Shown in pieces: positions 1-10,100 of a stretch of DNA of 64,000 nt. The translations under genes were made by a program, and so were the position numbers. A model generated the notes under the pieces. The model had not been told where the DNA came from, made no database searches, and was given only the letters and a program-made list of their open reading frames with translations. The stretch's first letter is position 1. Each line of letters starts with the position of its first letter. The DNA comes from an uncultured Verrucomicrobiota bacterium (GTDB taxonomy: Bacteria > Verrucomicrobiota > Verrucomicrobiia > Limisphaerales > UBA1319): positions 9,998-73,997 of the forward strand of contig CAZIDG010000001.1 in NCBI GenBank assembly GCA_964538065.1, read 5' to 3'.

Positions 1-247
1 CAGTGCCGCCAGGCCTTGTCGGCCTCCACACATTAATCTTCTGCCGATTCATGCTTTTGCGTTGGGATGCATATTCTGAATTGCCTGCTGGACAGGGACC
101 GCATGCCAGCAAAGGGGCAATATTTAAATTCCATGATATTCTGATGATTGACGCAGTGCGGGTGTCCGTGTCACAGTGCGTTCAGACAGGTTGGTTCGTT
201 CTGGAATGGCAATGTGACCGTTAACCAAATTCAGATTGCGCTGTTTT

Positions 248-898
248 ATGAAATTCAACCGATTGCATTGTTTATTGCTCATGGTGTGTTGTGTTGTCGC
301 GCCTCTCCAAACCTGGGCTCAGGGGGCGTTGACGCCAACAAGTACGCCCGCGCCGACCATGAAAACATTGGATCAGATTTATGGTGAGATCACCAAATTA
401 ACACCCAGCAACCCTTTGACCCTCCCCACGATAGTAGGCCCCGCCCAGCAGGGGGCGATTCATATGAGCGTCAAGGGGCAGAAACAAGGCCAGATCAAGG
501 GCGAGAGCACCATCTCAGGTCTTGAGGGTACCATTGTTTGCGTGGGCTTTTCCCACGAAATCGTCAGCCCACGCGATGCCACGACAGGTTTGCCTACTGG
601 AAAACGGCAGCACAAAGCCATCAAATTGCTCAAGTACATCGACCGCACCAGCCCGCAGCTCTACAGCGCCCTGGTTTCCAATGAGACCCTCACCAGCGTG
701 GTGCTCAACTTCTACCAGACCAACAGTCGTGGTCTTCCCATCAACATTTACCGCATTACCCTGACTAACGCGAGCATATCCCGCATGGCATCCGATTTTC
801 CCAACTTGGAGACCGTCGAGATGACCTATCAGAAGATTGAATGGACCCATGTGCCTTCTGAGACTACGGCCATGGACGATTGGACAGTGACTCCATGA
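248..898 (+). CDS. Hcp1-family (type VI secretion tube protein-like) protein, possibly with an N-terminal signal peptide
   Basis: ORF 236..898. The core IKGESTISGLEGTIVCVGFSHEIVSPRD..GKRQHKAIKLLKYIDRTSPQLYSALVSNETL..LNFYQT..IYRITLTNASISRM..VEMTYQKIEWTH matches the Hcp1/TssD consensus as I remember it. ATG 248 gives the signal-like MKFNRLHCLLLMVCCVVAPLQTWAQG. Alternative starts are ATG 359 and ATG 464; the latter is preceded by AGGGGG with 8-nt spacing and would give a canonical-length Hcp without signal. Confidence 0.7.
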   Translation: MKFNRLHCLLLMVCCVVAPLQTWAQGALTPTSTPAPTMKTLDQIYGEITKLTPSNPLTLPTIVGPAQQGAIHMSVKGQKQGQIKGESTISGLEGTIVCVGFSHEIVSPRDATTGLPTGKRQHKAIKLLKYIDRTSPQLYSALVSNETLTSVVLNFYQTNSRGLPINIYRITLTNASISRMASDFPNLETVEMTYQKIEWTHVPSETTAMDDWTVTP

Positions 899-962
899 GA
901 TAAGGCCATTCGGTTGATGGCAGGCTGTGTGAAACTGTGAGAAAGGCTTGTCGACCAAAACC

Positions 963-1883
963 ATGAAACACAATGATTCAATGGGGTGTCTCATGCATCG
1001 GTTCGTGGTTGTAGCATCCTTCATGGCCATGTCCTGTTCCACGTGGGCGGGGACCACGATTGGGACGGATGCTCATTATGGCTATGCTGCCAACATGGGC
1101 TGGCTGGATTGGCGGGGTGACATTGATCATGGCGCTGTCATAGGTGAGTATACCTGTTCCGGTTTTGTATATTCGCCCAATGTAGGCTGGATCAACTTGG
1201 GGCAGGGGACACCAACCAATGGAATTCGCTATGGCAATCTGTCAGCGAAGGACTTTGGCATCAACCATGATGGACATGGAAATCTCCAGGGCTTTGCCTG
1301 GGGCGCCAACATCGGCTGGCTTGTCTTTACCAACCAGACCACTGCAGGTGCGGCTTTCGAGGGGCCGAAGGTGAATCTCCTCACGGGCCAATTAAGCGGT
1401 TGGATTTGGAGTGCCAACGCCGGCTGGATCAGCCTCAGTAATGCCGTGGCGGGTGTGGCAACCACTTCGATCCAGCCAGGGATTGATTCCGATGGTGATG
1501 GCATGTCGGATGCGTGGGAGTTGGAAAAATTCGGTAACCTGACCATCGCCACCGCCACCAGTGACAGGGATGGGGATGGGGTTCCCGATGTTGCTGAATA
1601 TGGAGCGGGCACGGATCCCGTGAATCAAGACAGTTCGGTGCAGATCCTGAGTTGGAACAAGGGGACTAATAACAGCCAGATGACGTTCACCTGGCACTGT
1701 GAGCCCAATCGCCAATATCAGGTCTATTGGGCGAGCAACATGGTTGCGCCAGTCGAATGGATGGATGCAGGAGCGGGGATTGTGAGCTCCGTTACCAGTG
1801 GTGTGATCACCCAGACGTTCTCAGTGCCTGTTCATTCGAGTTGTTATATTCGGATCGGAGTCCATAAGCCGCTAACGCCCTGA
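963..1883 (+). CDS. secreted repeat protein: four G-[FWY]-x-[WY]-x-[AP]N-x-GW-[IL] repeats, two DxDGDG calcium-binding-like motifs and a C-terminal tail domain
   Basis: ORF 948..1883. ATG 963 gives MKHNDSMGCLMHRFVVVASFMAMSCSTWA. Repeats are GYAANMGWLDW, GFVYSPNVGWINL, GFAWGANIGWLVF and GWIWSANAGWISL. DSDGDGMSDAWE and DRDGDGVPDVAEYGAGTDP resemble thrombospondin type 3 repeats. Confidence 0.75.
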   Translation: MKHNDSMGCLMHRFVVVASFMAMSCSTWAGTTIGTDAHYGYAANMGWLDWRGDIDHGAVIGEYTCSGFVYSPNVGWINLGQGTPTNGIRYGNLSAKDFGINHDGHGNLQGFAWGANIGWLVFTNQTTAGAAFEGPKVNLLTGQLSGWIWSANAGWISLSNAVAGVATTSIQPGIDSDGDGMSDAWELEKFGNLTIATATSDRDGDGVPDVAEYGAGTDPVNQDSSVQILSWNKGTNNSQMTFTWHCEPNRQYQVYWASNMVAPVEWMDAGAGIVSSVTSGVITQTFSVPVHSSCYIRIGVHKPLTP

Positions 1884-1981
1884 TCAGGGCGGTCCATATT
1901 TGTCCAGGCGTGCGCAGGGTGTCCGCATGTGTTGAGCAAAGCCGCTTGCATGTGGTGCTGAAATTGTATCAATTCCTTTCT

Positions 1982-4351
1982 ATGCGTTTAATGCATTCAC
2001 TGACTTTATGGGCGTATGCGCTTTGTTCCCTGTTCGTGAGCGGAGCGGCCCCCGATCCCGCCAACCTGCTTGCGAATGGAGGCTTTGAGGCGGGGGTGGT
2101 GGAGTGGCGCTCCTTGTGGTGTCGAGATGCCAATGCAGGCACATTGACACTGGATCATCAGGATGTTCATGGTGGCACAAACGCGGTCCGGATTGAACAT
2201 CGAGGCGAACATGATTGGAGCTTTGAACCTTCACGGCGGATCGATGTCCTGCCGGGTGATATCTATGAAATGGAGGCCTGGCTCAAGCTCCAGGGGACGG
2301 GCAATGCCACCGTATGCGTTTCAACCTGGGATGCACAGGGGCGCAATATGGGCTGGTCATATGGGGGACGTTCTGTCAGGGCGAGCGAGCATTGGGCAGT
2401 GTGTCAATCGCGGTTCGTTGTGCCGCCTGGCGTGGTGCAAATACAGCCTCGATTGATTGGTTATGGCCCATCCACTGTATGGATGGATGATTATCGCGTA
2501 GCCAAGGCAGGTAATGTCAGTGCCATGCACAAAGGGAATCTGCCGGGTGAATTATACCTGACCAATCAGACTCTGACAGTTGGTATATGCGTTAGTAACG
2601 CAACGTTAACGGTGCTCGACCACCGAACTGGCCGTTGCTGGAGACAACAGCCGACAGATTCGGACGTTGTTGTCGTGGGTGCAAAGCATGAGCGACAGGG
2701 GATCCAGTTGGATTTGATGCATGTGCCGTCGGCCATGGCCATCACGATTGGAGTCGAGTTGGATGCGGAGCGACCTGAATTCACCTTCACGGTAACCGGT
2801 AATGGTGAACTCCATGAAGCACTTCGATATCCCTATCCCTTTGGGAGTGAATCCGGCGATCGGCTCGTGGTGCCGATGAATGAAGGCATTTCGTATCCTG
2901 TTGATGATCCGTCGATTGAGACCTTTCGGCTGATTGCCTATGGCGGCCATGGCATTTGCATGGCCTTTTGGGGCGTGACCGATGATCGGAAAGGGTACAG
3001 CGCCATCATCGAAACACCTGATGATGCAGCGATTCACCTGGTGCGACAGGAGGGGCGCCTGGCCATCGCACCTGAGTGGGATCCACAGAAGGGGCAATTT
3101 GGGTACACGCGAAAATTGCGATATGTGTTTTTTGATCAGGGTGGGCATGTGGCCATTGCCAAGCGTTATCGCGAACATGCGCGTGCGACAGGTTTGTTCA
3201 AGACCCTGGCGCAAAAGCGATCTGAAAATCCCAACGTGGATCTGCTGGTTGGGGCGGTGAATGTTTGGAACTGGGATGCGGAACCGGTGGCCCTGGTACG
3301 TGAAATGCAGACAGCGGGCATCGAGCGGATTCTGTGGAGCCGGGGTGGTTCCGGGGATGTTCTCAAGGCCTTGAATGACATGAAGGTCCTCACGAGCCGG
3401 TATGATATTTACCAGGACATGATGGATCCTGCGAAGTTTTCCATGGTGCAGTGGAAACACTCGGACTGGACCACGGCGGCATGGCCAAAAGACATCATCC
3501 TCAAATCCGACGGTGATTGGCTGCGGGGCTGGGGCATTGAGGGGAAAAATGGCGAGTGGTTCCATTGCGGTGTTCTATGCGATCGGCAGGCGGTGGACTA
3601 TGCCCGCCAGCGCGTGCCAGCCGAGCTGTCCTCCAAACCCTACCTGTGCCGTTTTATCGACACCACCACAGCCGCGCCCTGGAACGAATGCTACCACACC
3701 AATCATCCCATGACGCGCACCGAGAGCAGAGTGTGGAAAATGAAACTGCTCGATTACATGTCACGGGAGATGAAATTGGTGACCGGATCCGAGACGGGTC
3801 ACGATGCTGCCGTGCCTTTTTTGCATTATTTCGAAGGCATGCTCAGCCTTGGGCCCTATCGTGTGCCCGACGCGGGCCGTGACATGCAGCGCATTTGGAA
3901 TGATGTGCCTGAGCCGGTGGCCAAGTTTCAATTGGGCCATGCCTGCCGTCTGCCCTTATGGGAACTGGTTTATCACGATTGCGTTGTGGCACAGTGGTAC
4001 TGGGGGGATTATAATAACAAGCTGCCCAGCCTGTGGGAAAAGCGAGACCTCTTTAACCTCCTCTATGGCACGCCGCCCATGTTCATGTTCGACCGCAAGC
4101 TTTGGCAGTCGCAGAAGGATCGTTTTGTGCAAAGCTATCGGAACACGTGTCCCTATGTTCGGGCGGTCGGCTATCAGGAAATGACCGATCACCAGATTTT
4201 GACCAAGGACCGCAATGTACAGCGGACGGTTTTTGCCAATGGTGTCACCATCACGGTCAATTTTGGGGCGGCACCCTATCAATTGCCATCCGGACAGGCC
4301 GTACCACCGATGGGCTTCACCGTTTCTGGCATGACAGAGAAAGCTCTCTAG
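1982..4351 (+). CDS. putative secreted glycoside hydrolase with a CBM4/9-like N-terminal domain; family not assigned
   Basis: ORF 1910..4351. ATG 1982 gives the signal-like MRLMHSLTLWAYALCSLFVSGAAP. ANGGFEAG..W then QIQPRLIGYGPSTVWMDDY is typical of a CBM-like jelly roll. The large C-terminal region (ETGHDAAVPFLHYFEGM, WELVYHDCVVAQWYWGDY) looks like a glycosidase catalytic domain, but I cannot name the family. Confidence 0.55.
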   Translation: MRLMHSLTLWAYALCSLFVSGAAPDPANLLANGGFEAGVVEWRSLWCRDANAGTLTLDHQDVHGGTNAVRIEHRGEHDWSFEPSRRIDVLPGDIYEMEAWLKLQGTGNATVCVSTWDAQGRNMGWSYGGRSVRASEHWAVCQSRFVVPPGVVQIQPRLIGYGPSTVWMDDYRVAKAGNVSAMHKGNLPGELYLTNQTLTVGICVSNATLTVLDHRTGRCWRQQPTDSDVVVVGAKHERQGIQLDLMHVPSAMAITIGVELDAERPEFTFTVTGNGELHEALRYPYPFGSESGDRLVVPMNEGISYPVDDPSIETFRLIAYGGHGICMAFWGVTDDRKGYSAIIETPDDAAIHLVRQEGRLAIAPEWDPQKGQFGYTRKLRYVFFDQGGHVAIAKRYREHARATGLFKTLAQKRSENPNVDLLVGAVNVWNWDAEPVALVREMQTAGIERILWSRGGSGDVLKALNDMKVLTSRYDIYQDMMDPAKFSMVQWKHSDWTTAAWPKDIILKSDGDWLRGWGIEGKNGEWFHCGVLCDRQAVDYARQRVPAELSSKPYLCRFIDTTTAAPWNECYHTNHPMTRTESRVWKMKLLDYMSREMKLVTGSETGHDAAVPFLHYFEGMLSLGPYRVPDAGRDMQRIWNDVPEPVAKFQLGHACRLPLWELVYHDCVVAQWYWGDYNNKLPSLWEKRDLFNLLYGTPPMFMFDRKLWQSQKDRFVQSYRNTCPYVRAVGYQEMTDHQILTKDRNVQRTVFANGVTITVNFGAAPYQLPSGQAVPPMGFTVSGMTEKAL

Positions 4352-4360
4352 GAGACATGG

Positions 4361-6751
4361 TCAGCGTTCTGCGTCCGCGCGAATCATGCGGATTCCAAAG
4401 ACGGCAGCGATCTCATTGCCTTCCGTGGCCTGGAAACGGACTGTGACGTTCGTCTTGTCTTTCAGCAGAGCGGCTGGGATGGGGTATTCCACGTCAAAGA
4501 AACGTGGCGTGCCTCCTTTTTCCACCACCTGCTGACTAATTCGTTGACCATTTACTTGGAGATCAAAGGTGCGCTTGCGCCATTCATCGCTATAGTATGT
4601 GACCACCAGGGCCATGGGATGCAAGGGATCGACTTTGAGATCAAAGGAGAACCACTGTTTGCCCCGGCGACAGGGGCGTCCAAGCACACGGTCGGGCCAC
4701 GTTTCCTCGCCCTGCTGGTGGTAGTCCCGCTCCGGTTGCATCTCGCCTGGTTGAACGAAGCAGACGGTGGCAAGGGCCAATTTCCGTTGTCGCTCACTCT
4801 CTGCGGCGTATTCGGAAGACTTTTGTTCCCACATGGTGGGGGTGAAGACATCCCAGTACACGGCATAGGTGCGGCGATGCAGACGATAAAATGGGATGAA
4901 ATCGACATCGTGGTCGCGCCCGACACCGTCTGAGTGAAAACAGCCTGGCTTTCCTGCGATGGGTTTAAGCCATTCTGACACAGGCCTGTCAGTGGTGACC
5001 AATACGGGCACAGCCCCTGGTTTCCAGGCTTGGAATTCATCTTCTGGTCCAAGATCACCGGCCAGGACCAATGGTCCCCACAGTATTGCGGCGCGGTGAG
5101 GATTATCGGGCAAGGGTTCCAAATGCAATGACTTCGGCAGAATCAACTCCACCGTGTCATCATTCCGCCACGTCCGAACCAATTCCACATAGGAACCGGG
5201 TCGGTCCGATGATTTGGTGACCTCCCCGTTTACCTTAACCATGAAACCCTCGCCAGCCCACGAAGGACGCCGCAGGGCCAGTGTGAATTGTTTTGGCGCC
5301 GCCATGCTCAACTTGAGCGTTGCAGCATCGCCGTCAGGGAATGTTGTTTCCATGGATAATTGGACACCGGCAGAGCTCCATTCAGCGGTTGAAGGCGCGT
5401 ACAGGTTAATCCACAGCCGGTCGCCAGCTTCATAGTAAATGCCATCACCATGCAAGGCGTGGCTCTCCATGCCCGAACCCACACAGCAGGTGAAGCTTTC
5501 GAACATATCCTGGTATTCGTGAGTAACACCCCGGCCCACGGGGACCATATAACAGGTGCGCCCGTCTTCGGGATCCATCGAGGCCAGAATGTGATTGAAC
5601 AGGGCGCGCTCATGAAATTCCGCATAATGGGCATCAGGCCACAAGGCATAGAGTTTCCGCGCCATCTTGATCATGTTATAGACATTGCAGGTCTCCGCTG
5701 TCCGCCCATCCACGCGGTCGTTCAATTGATCTGCTGGCCCAAAATACTCATCCTTGCCATGCCCACCGGTGGCATAGGAATGGTGTTGGACCACACGATC
5801 CCAGAAAAAACTCGCGGCATAGCCATCGGCAGGATCGCCTGTGTAGGCGAAGCGAGCCAGGGATCCCATGAGCTTGGGCACCTGGGTGTTTCCATGCAGA
5901 CCGCCCAGGAGGTCCTGATGACGTTTGAGCGGGTCCAGGACCACGTGATGCTCAAAACGATAGGAAAGGGCGAGCCATCGCCGGTCGCCGGTATCCGCAT
6001 ACAGATCAGCGAGGATTTCGTTCATCCCGCCGAATTCTGTGTTGAGCATGCGTTGCACCTGGGACTCATCCAGTTTCGACAGTATACCCTCAGCCCATGC
6101 GGCAAACTTGACTTCCAGATCCAGAGCGGTTCGATTGCCGGTAAAACGATAGGCATCCCTCAAGCCGGCATAGGTTTTGTGGAGGACGTAAAAGGGTGAC
6201 CAGAGGCCATTAAGGTCAAATCCACCTGAACGGATGTCGCCGCGTGCGATTTCGGCAAAGCGCTCCTTGCCATCCGCCAAAGCCCCCAGGTAACCATCAC
6301 CGTTGGCCTCCTGAACTTCCTTCAAATCGGCAACGATATAATCGACGCGTTCCTTGAAGCGAGCATCGCCAGTGGCGGCCCACATGAGGCTCGCCGCTGA
6401 AAGGTAGTGTCCCAGAATGTGGCCCGTCAGGTTTTTGCCACCGCCATCCCAGCCACCATAACCCTTTGCCTTGGGTTTCAAACCAGCCCGCTCCCGATAG
6501 AAGGCCAGCATGCGATCGGGTTCCAGCTTGAGAAGGTACTCCCGGTCAAGGTCCTGGGCGTGTTTAAGCGGGCCCCCCGTGAGTCGTACTGCACTTAATG
6601 GCAGGGGGCGGGCGGCATCGGATATGACATTGGTAATGGGTGCTGCCGATGTCCACAGACTCCACGTGCACACGAAGATCAGCAGGGTCCTAAGATACCA
6701 GACTATGCCATGGCAGGTTGAAGCCATGTTCTTGCCATGTGACTGTTTCAT
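4361..6751 (-). CDS. glycoside hydrolase family 127/146-like (beta-L-arabinofuranosidase-like, DUF1680)
   Basis: ORF 4361..6808. ATG 6751 gives a signal-like N-terminus. VRLTGGPLKHAQDLDREYLL..DRMLAFYR..GHILGHYLSAASLMW is the DUF1680 N-terminus. AETCNVYNM and SFTCCVGSG match the Glu/Cys3 zinc site of HypBA1-type enzymes. Confidence 0.8.
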   Translation of the reverse strand: MKQSHGKNMASTCHGIVWYLRTLLIFVCTWSLWTSAAPITNVISDAARPLPLSAVRLTGGPLKHAQDLDREYLLKLEPDRMLAFYRERAGLKPKAKGYGGWDGGGKNLTGHILGHYLSAASLMWAATGDARFKERVDYIVADLKEVQEANGDGYLGALADGKERFAEIARGDIRSGGFDLNGLWSPFYVLHKTYAGLRDAYRFTGNRTALDLEVKFAAWAEGILSKLDESQVQRMLNTEFGGMNEILADLYADTGDRRWLALSYRFEHHVVLDPLKRHQDLLGGLHGNTQVPKLMGSLARFAYTGDPADGYAASFFWDRVVQHHSYATGGHGKDEYFGPADQLNDRVDGRTAETCNVYNMIKMARKLYALWPDAHYAEFHERALFNHILASMDPEDGRTCYMVPVGRGVTHEYQDMFESFTCCVGSGMESHALHGDGIYYEAGDRLWINLYAPSTAEWSSAGVQLSMETTFPDGDAATLKLSMAAPKQFTLALRRPSWAGEGFMVKVNGEVTKSSDRPGSYVELVRTWRNDDTVELILPKSLHLEPLPDNPHRAAILWGPLVLAGDLGPEDEFQAWKPGAVPVLVTTDRPVSEWLKPIAGKPGCFHSDGVGRDHDVDFIPFYRLHRRTYAVYWDVFTPTMWEQKSSEYAAESERQRKLALATVCFVQPGEMQPERDYHQQGEETWPDRVLGRPCRRGKQWFSFDLKVDPLHPMALVVTYYSDEWRKRTFDLQVNGQRISQQVVEKGGTPRFFDVEYPIPAALLKDKTNVTVRFQATEGNEIAAVFGIRMIRADAER

Positions 6752-7187
6752 GATGCGCAATCCAGGTTGATGGGGGTCGTTGATGCAAGAGTGGTTGTTT
6801 TTGATCAAAATTCAGTTGGGCCAACGCATTAAATCACGTGTTGTATGGGGCAAAGTTGGCAATAAGATTTCCCTGCAAAAGTATTTAATATATTAAGTCT
6901 AATTAATTTAATCGGTCGTTGCGCCGGGTCAACTGCAAAAGACCCCTTTCTGTGACCGAACCGTTGTGCGGTGTGCTGTATCATGATCGAGAGCACCCAC
7001 GAATCGCAAAGTTGCATCGGGAGGCACTCCTGCAGATGGACTGAGTTGGGAAGTTGTGTGGATTCGATACTGGTGAGCGATGGTTTGTGGGCCAAACATC
7101 TGAGCAAAATCATTTGCAACACCTTGAGCGCAAAGGAAAAATCAAAATTGGTTTGATCGAGTTGAATGTGTCTGACAAAATAGAATT

Positions 7188-10100
7188 ATGACACATGTAA
7201 ATACCTTTTCAGGTGTTCTCAAGGTTCTAGGGGTATTGGTTTATGCCGGGGCTTTTGTTCTAAATGCGCAAACGCGCACCAATTGGGTGACGCATACCGC
7301 CGATGAGGGTGCAGGTTCGTTGCGGCAGGTGCTTGCTGAATCTCAATCCAACGATGTCATTCAGGTCACTGCGACGGGGGTCATCCAATTGACCCATGGG
7401 GAATTACGCATTGATAAACCCATTGTCATTCAAGGTCCTGGCGCCACGAATTTAACCATTAGCGGGAGCGAAGCCGCTCGTGTTTTCCGGGTGGATGCCG
7501 GTGGTGTGCTGGCCTTGCGGGATGTCACGGTCGCCAATGGCCAGGCGTATGTGGGGGGAGGGCTTGCAAACTATGGAGGACCGGTCGAATTAACACGATG
7601 TGTCTTTACCAATAACACCGCGGTCCCGTTGAAGCTGCCAAGGGAATATGGTGATCCGGGTTACAATGCCAACCTGAGTTCAGGTCTAAGCGTGCTGCCG
7701 TACAAAGCCTATAGTTCATGGGGTGGCGCGGTTTATAATGCAGGAATACTCTCGATTACGAATTGTACATTTTCTGGAAATAAGGCCGTTGGGGCGGATG
7801 GCGGGAATAGTTCTGAGAGTTTACATCTCATTGGAGGTATAGGTGGCGACGGGGGTGGTGGTGCGGTTTTTAATGCCCATGAACTGGCTATTGTTTCGAG
7901 TACATTTTTGGGCAACAAGGTGATCGGGGGGCGTGGTGGAGATGGTGATTTGACCGTTCAATATCCGGTGATTTATTTTCCAGTAAAATATACTGATGGA
8001 TTACCTGGGGGAGATGGCTTGGGTGCTTGCTTGTTCAATTCTGGGGAATCCAGGGTCATTAATTCGACATTTACGCAAAATCAAGCTTGTGGCGGAGCAG
8101 GGGGGGATGGGGGCACCAATAGTAGCGATTTCCTAACTCATGACAAGGGGAGCCGAGGATTTGGAGGGAGTGCTAAGGGAGCAGGCTTTTATAATAATGG
8201 AGGGTTGTCGATTTCCCATTGTACATTAGCCAGTAATCACGTTGTTGGTGGTTCCTCTGGACTAGGTAATTCAGTCTCCTTCATCGTTGGAAGTAGGATT
8301 GTTGATGGTACGATTTTCAACACGAACGGTTATGTGTCCATGTCTTGTTCAATCGTTGCAGGTACAGTCATGCCATCTGCCATTCCTTTGCCTCCGAGCC
8401 AAGCTCGCAGTAATATTGTGGGTGGAGTCATCGATGGCGGGTTTAATTTGTGTTCGGATGCCAGTGCTGCCTTTACAGAGCCGACGAGCCGCATAAATGT
8501 GAATCCTGGTTTGCTGCCATTGACCGATAACGGTGGCCCCACATGGACCATGGCGTTGAACGCAGGCAGTCCTGCCGTGGATGCCATTCCCGCATCGAAT
8601 TCACTATTCATGGATCAACGCGGTCAGCCGCGTCCCGAGGGTACCGCTTCTGATATTGGAGCCTTTGAAGGCCGCATTGTAACTCCATTGGTTGTGCCGG
8701 CGTATCCGTCGAGTCTTGCCGGTGTATCCGGCGGTGCTGTCCTGCTGGACCCATCGGTCAATGGATATCCTGCACCAACATCCTATCAGTGGGTCAAAGA
8801 CGGGCAGGTATTGGTTGGAGCCACCAACGCGGTACTGGCCATTACCAATATGCAGGCAATCGATGCTGGTTTGTACCAGCTTCGTGCAGACAACGGCTTT
8901 ACGTCCATTGTGAGCCCCAGTTTTGAGGTCACAATGAATGGGAATCTGTCTTCCATTGGCGAGGCCCTGGAAGCCACGAACCTGCCTTGGAGCACAATGA
9001 ATGTGTTGGATGCCGGGAATCATCCATCATGGCAGGTCCAGAGTACCAATGTGCACGATGGAACGACGGCCTTGTCTTATGAGGTTCGTGAAGGTCAATC
9101 AACGGTTCCCTTAACTACGGAGATCGAGGGACCTGGGGTTCTCTCCTTTTGGACCAGCGCACAGTCTTTGCGTACAAAAGTGTATTGTATTATGGATGGA
9201 ACGTTGCTCATGACAGCATGGCAGGATAATGCAGCATATTGGCGTTGGATGCCGAACGCGCTTCATATTCCAGAAGGCCGGCATACGATTGCATGGCAGG
9301 CAGAGGCATCGACTTTTTTATGGTTTGAACCCAATATTGTTAACCTTGATGGAGTCGTGTATGCGCCCGGTTCAGTGGCTCCTGCATGGAGTTCGGTAAT
9401 CATCCCCACAAACAGTCTATCTGCTGGGACTACTGCTGACATGCGGGCTCTGGTTTTGGGAACGCCACCGCTTCGGTATGGTGTCTATCGTGAGGGAGAA
9501 CTCATCCTAAGCCAGACCCAAAGTCCAGCATTCAAGTTTGCGAATCAGGATAGTTCAGTGACGCTTCAGCTCACCAATCTCCAAAAAAATGCGGATTATA
9601 CCCTTGTTGTCAGTAATCAGTTTGGGAGCATATCGACCAATTTCAGCCTGGTTGTTACATCCAGTGCTCCTTATATGGTGGTGCAACCCCATGAAACGCC
9701 TTGTACCGACGGCGCTGAAGTACATCTCAACAGTTTGGCGGGTGGGTCAGAGCCTTTGTCGTATCAATGGAAGTTCAATGGAATGGACCTGCCTGGCGAA
9801 ACCAATGCGTCGCTGATCATTTCCAATATGGATGCATCTCGCTATGGCGATTACCAGGTTCGTGTGGCCAATGCGATGGGATCCGTTGTGAGTTCTGTGG
9901 CTGCCCTTCTTGAGCCACTGCCTGTATCGGATGTCCTTGATGCTCCTGGCTTCGAGTGGGAGGTGTCATCGAATGCCTTTTGGTATGGTCAGACCTTGAC
10001 ATCCTCTGACGGTTTTGGCGCGGCGCGGACTTTTTTAAATGAATCCATTACCAATTCATCGATAAGTACCACGGTGGAATATCCTGGTAACATTTCGTTT

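Noticed and set aside
3-224. 73-aa ORF at the left edge of the window
   Set aside because: It has no recognisable motif and an odd Cys/Trp-rich composition, and it sits in what is more likely the promoter region of the Hcp-like gene. It cannot be evaluated because the window is truncated.
248-1883. A type VI secretion locus
   Set aside because: Only the Hcp-like gene is present. No sheath, baseplate, VgrG/PAAR, TssM/L or ClpV homologue occurs in the window. I report it as an orphan Hcp, not a T6SS.
6809-7187. AT-rich 380-nt spacer between the GH127-like gene and the giant ORF, with ORFs 6829-7122 and 6971-7156
   Set aside because: The composition and position fit a divergent promoter region. 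The ORFs overlap each other on opposite strands and lack any signature.
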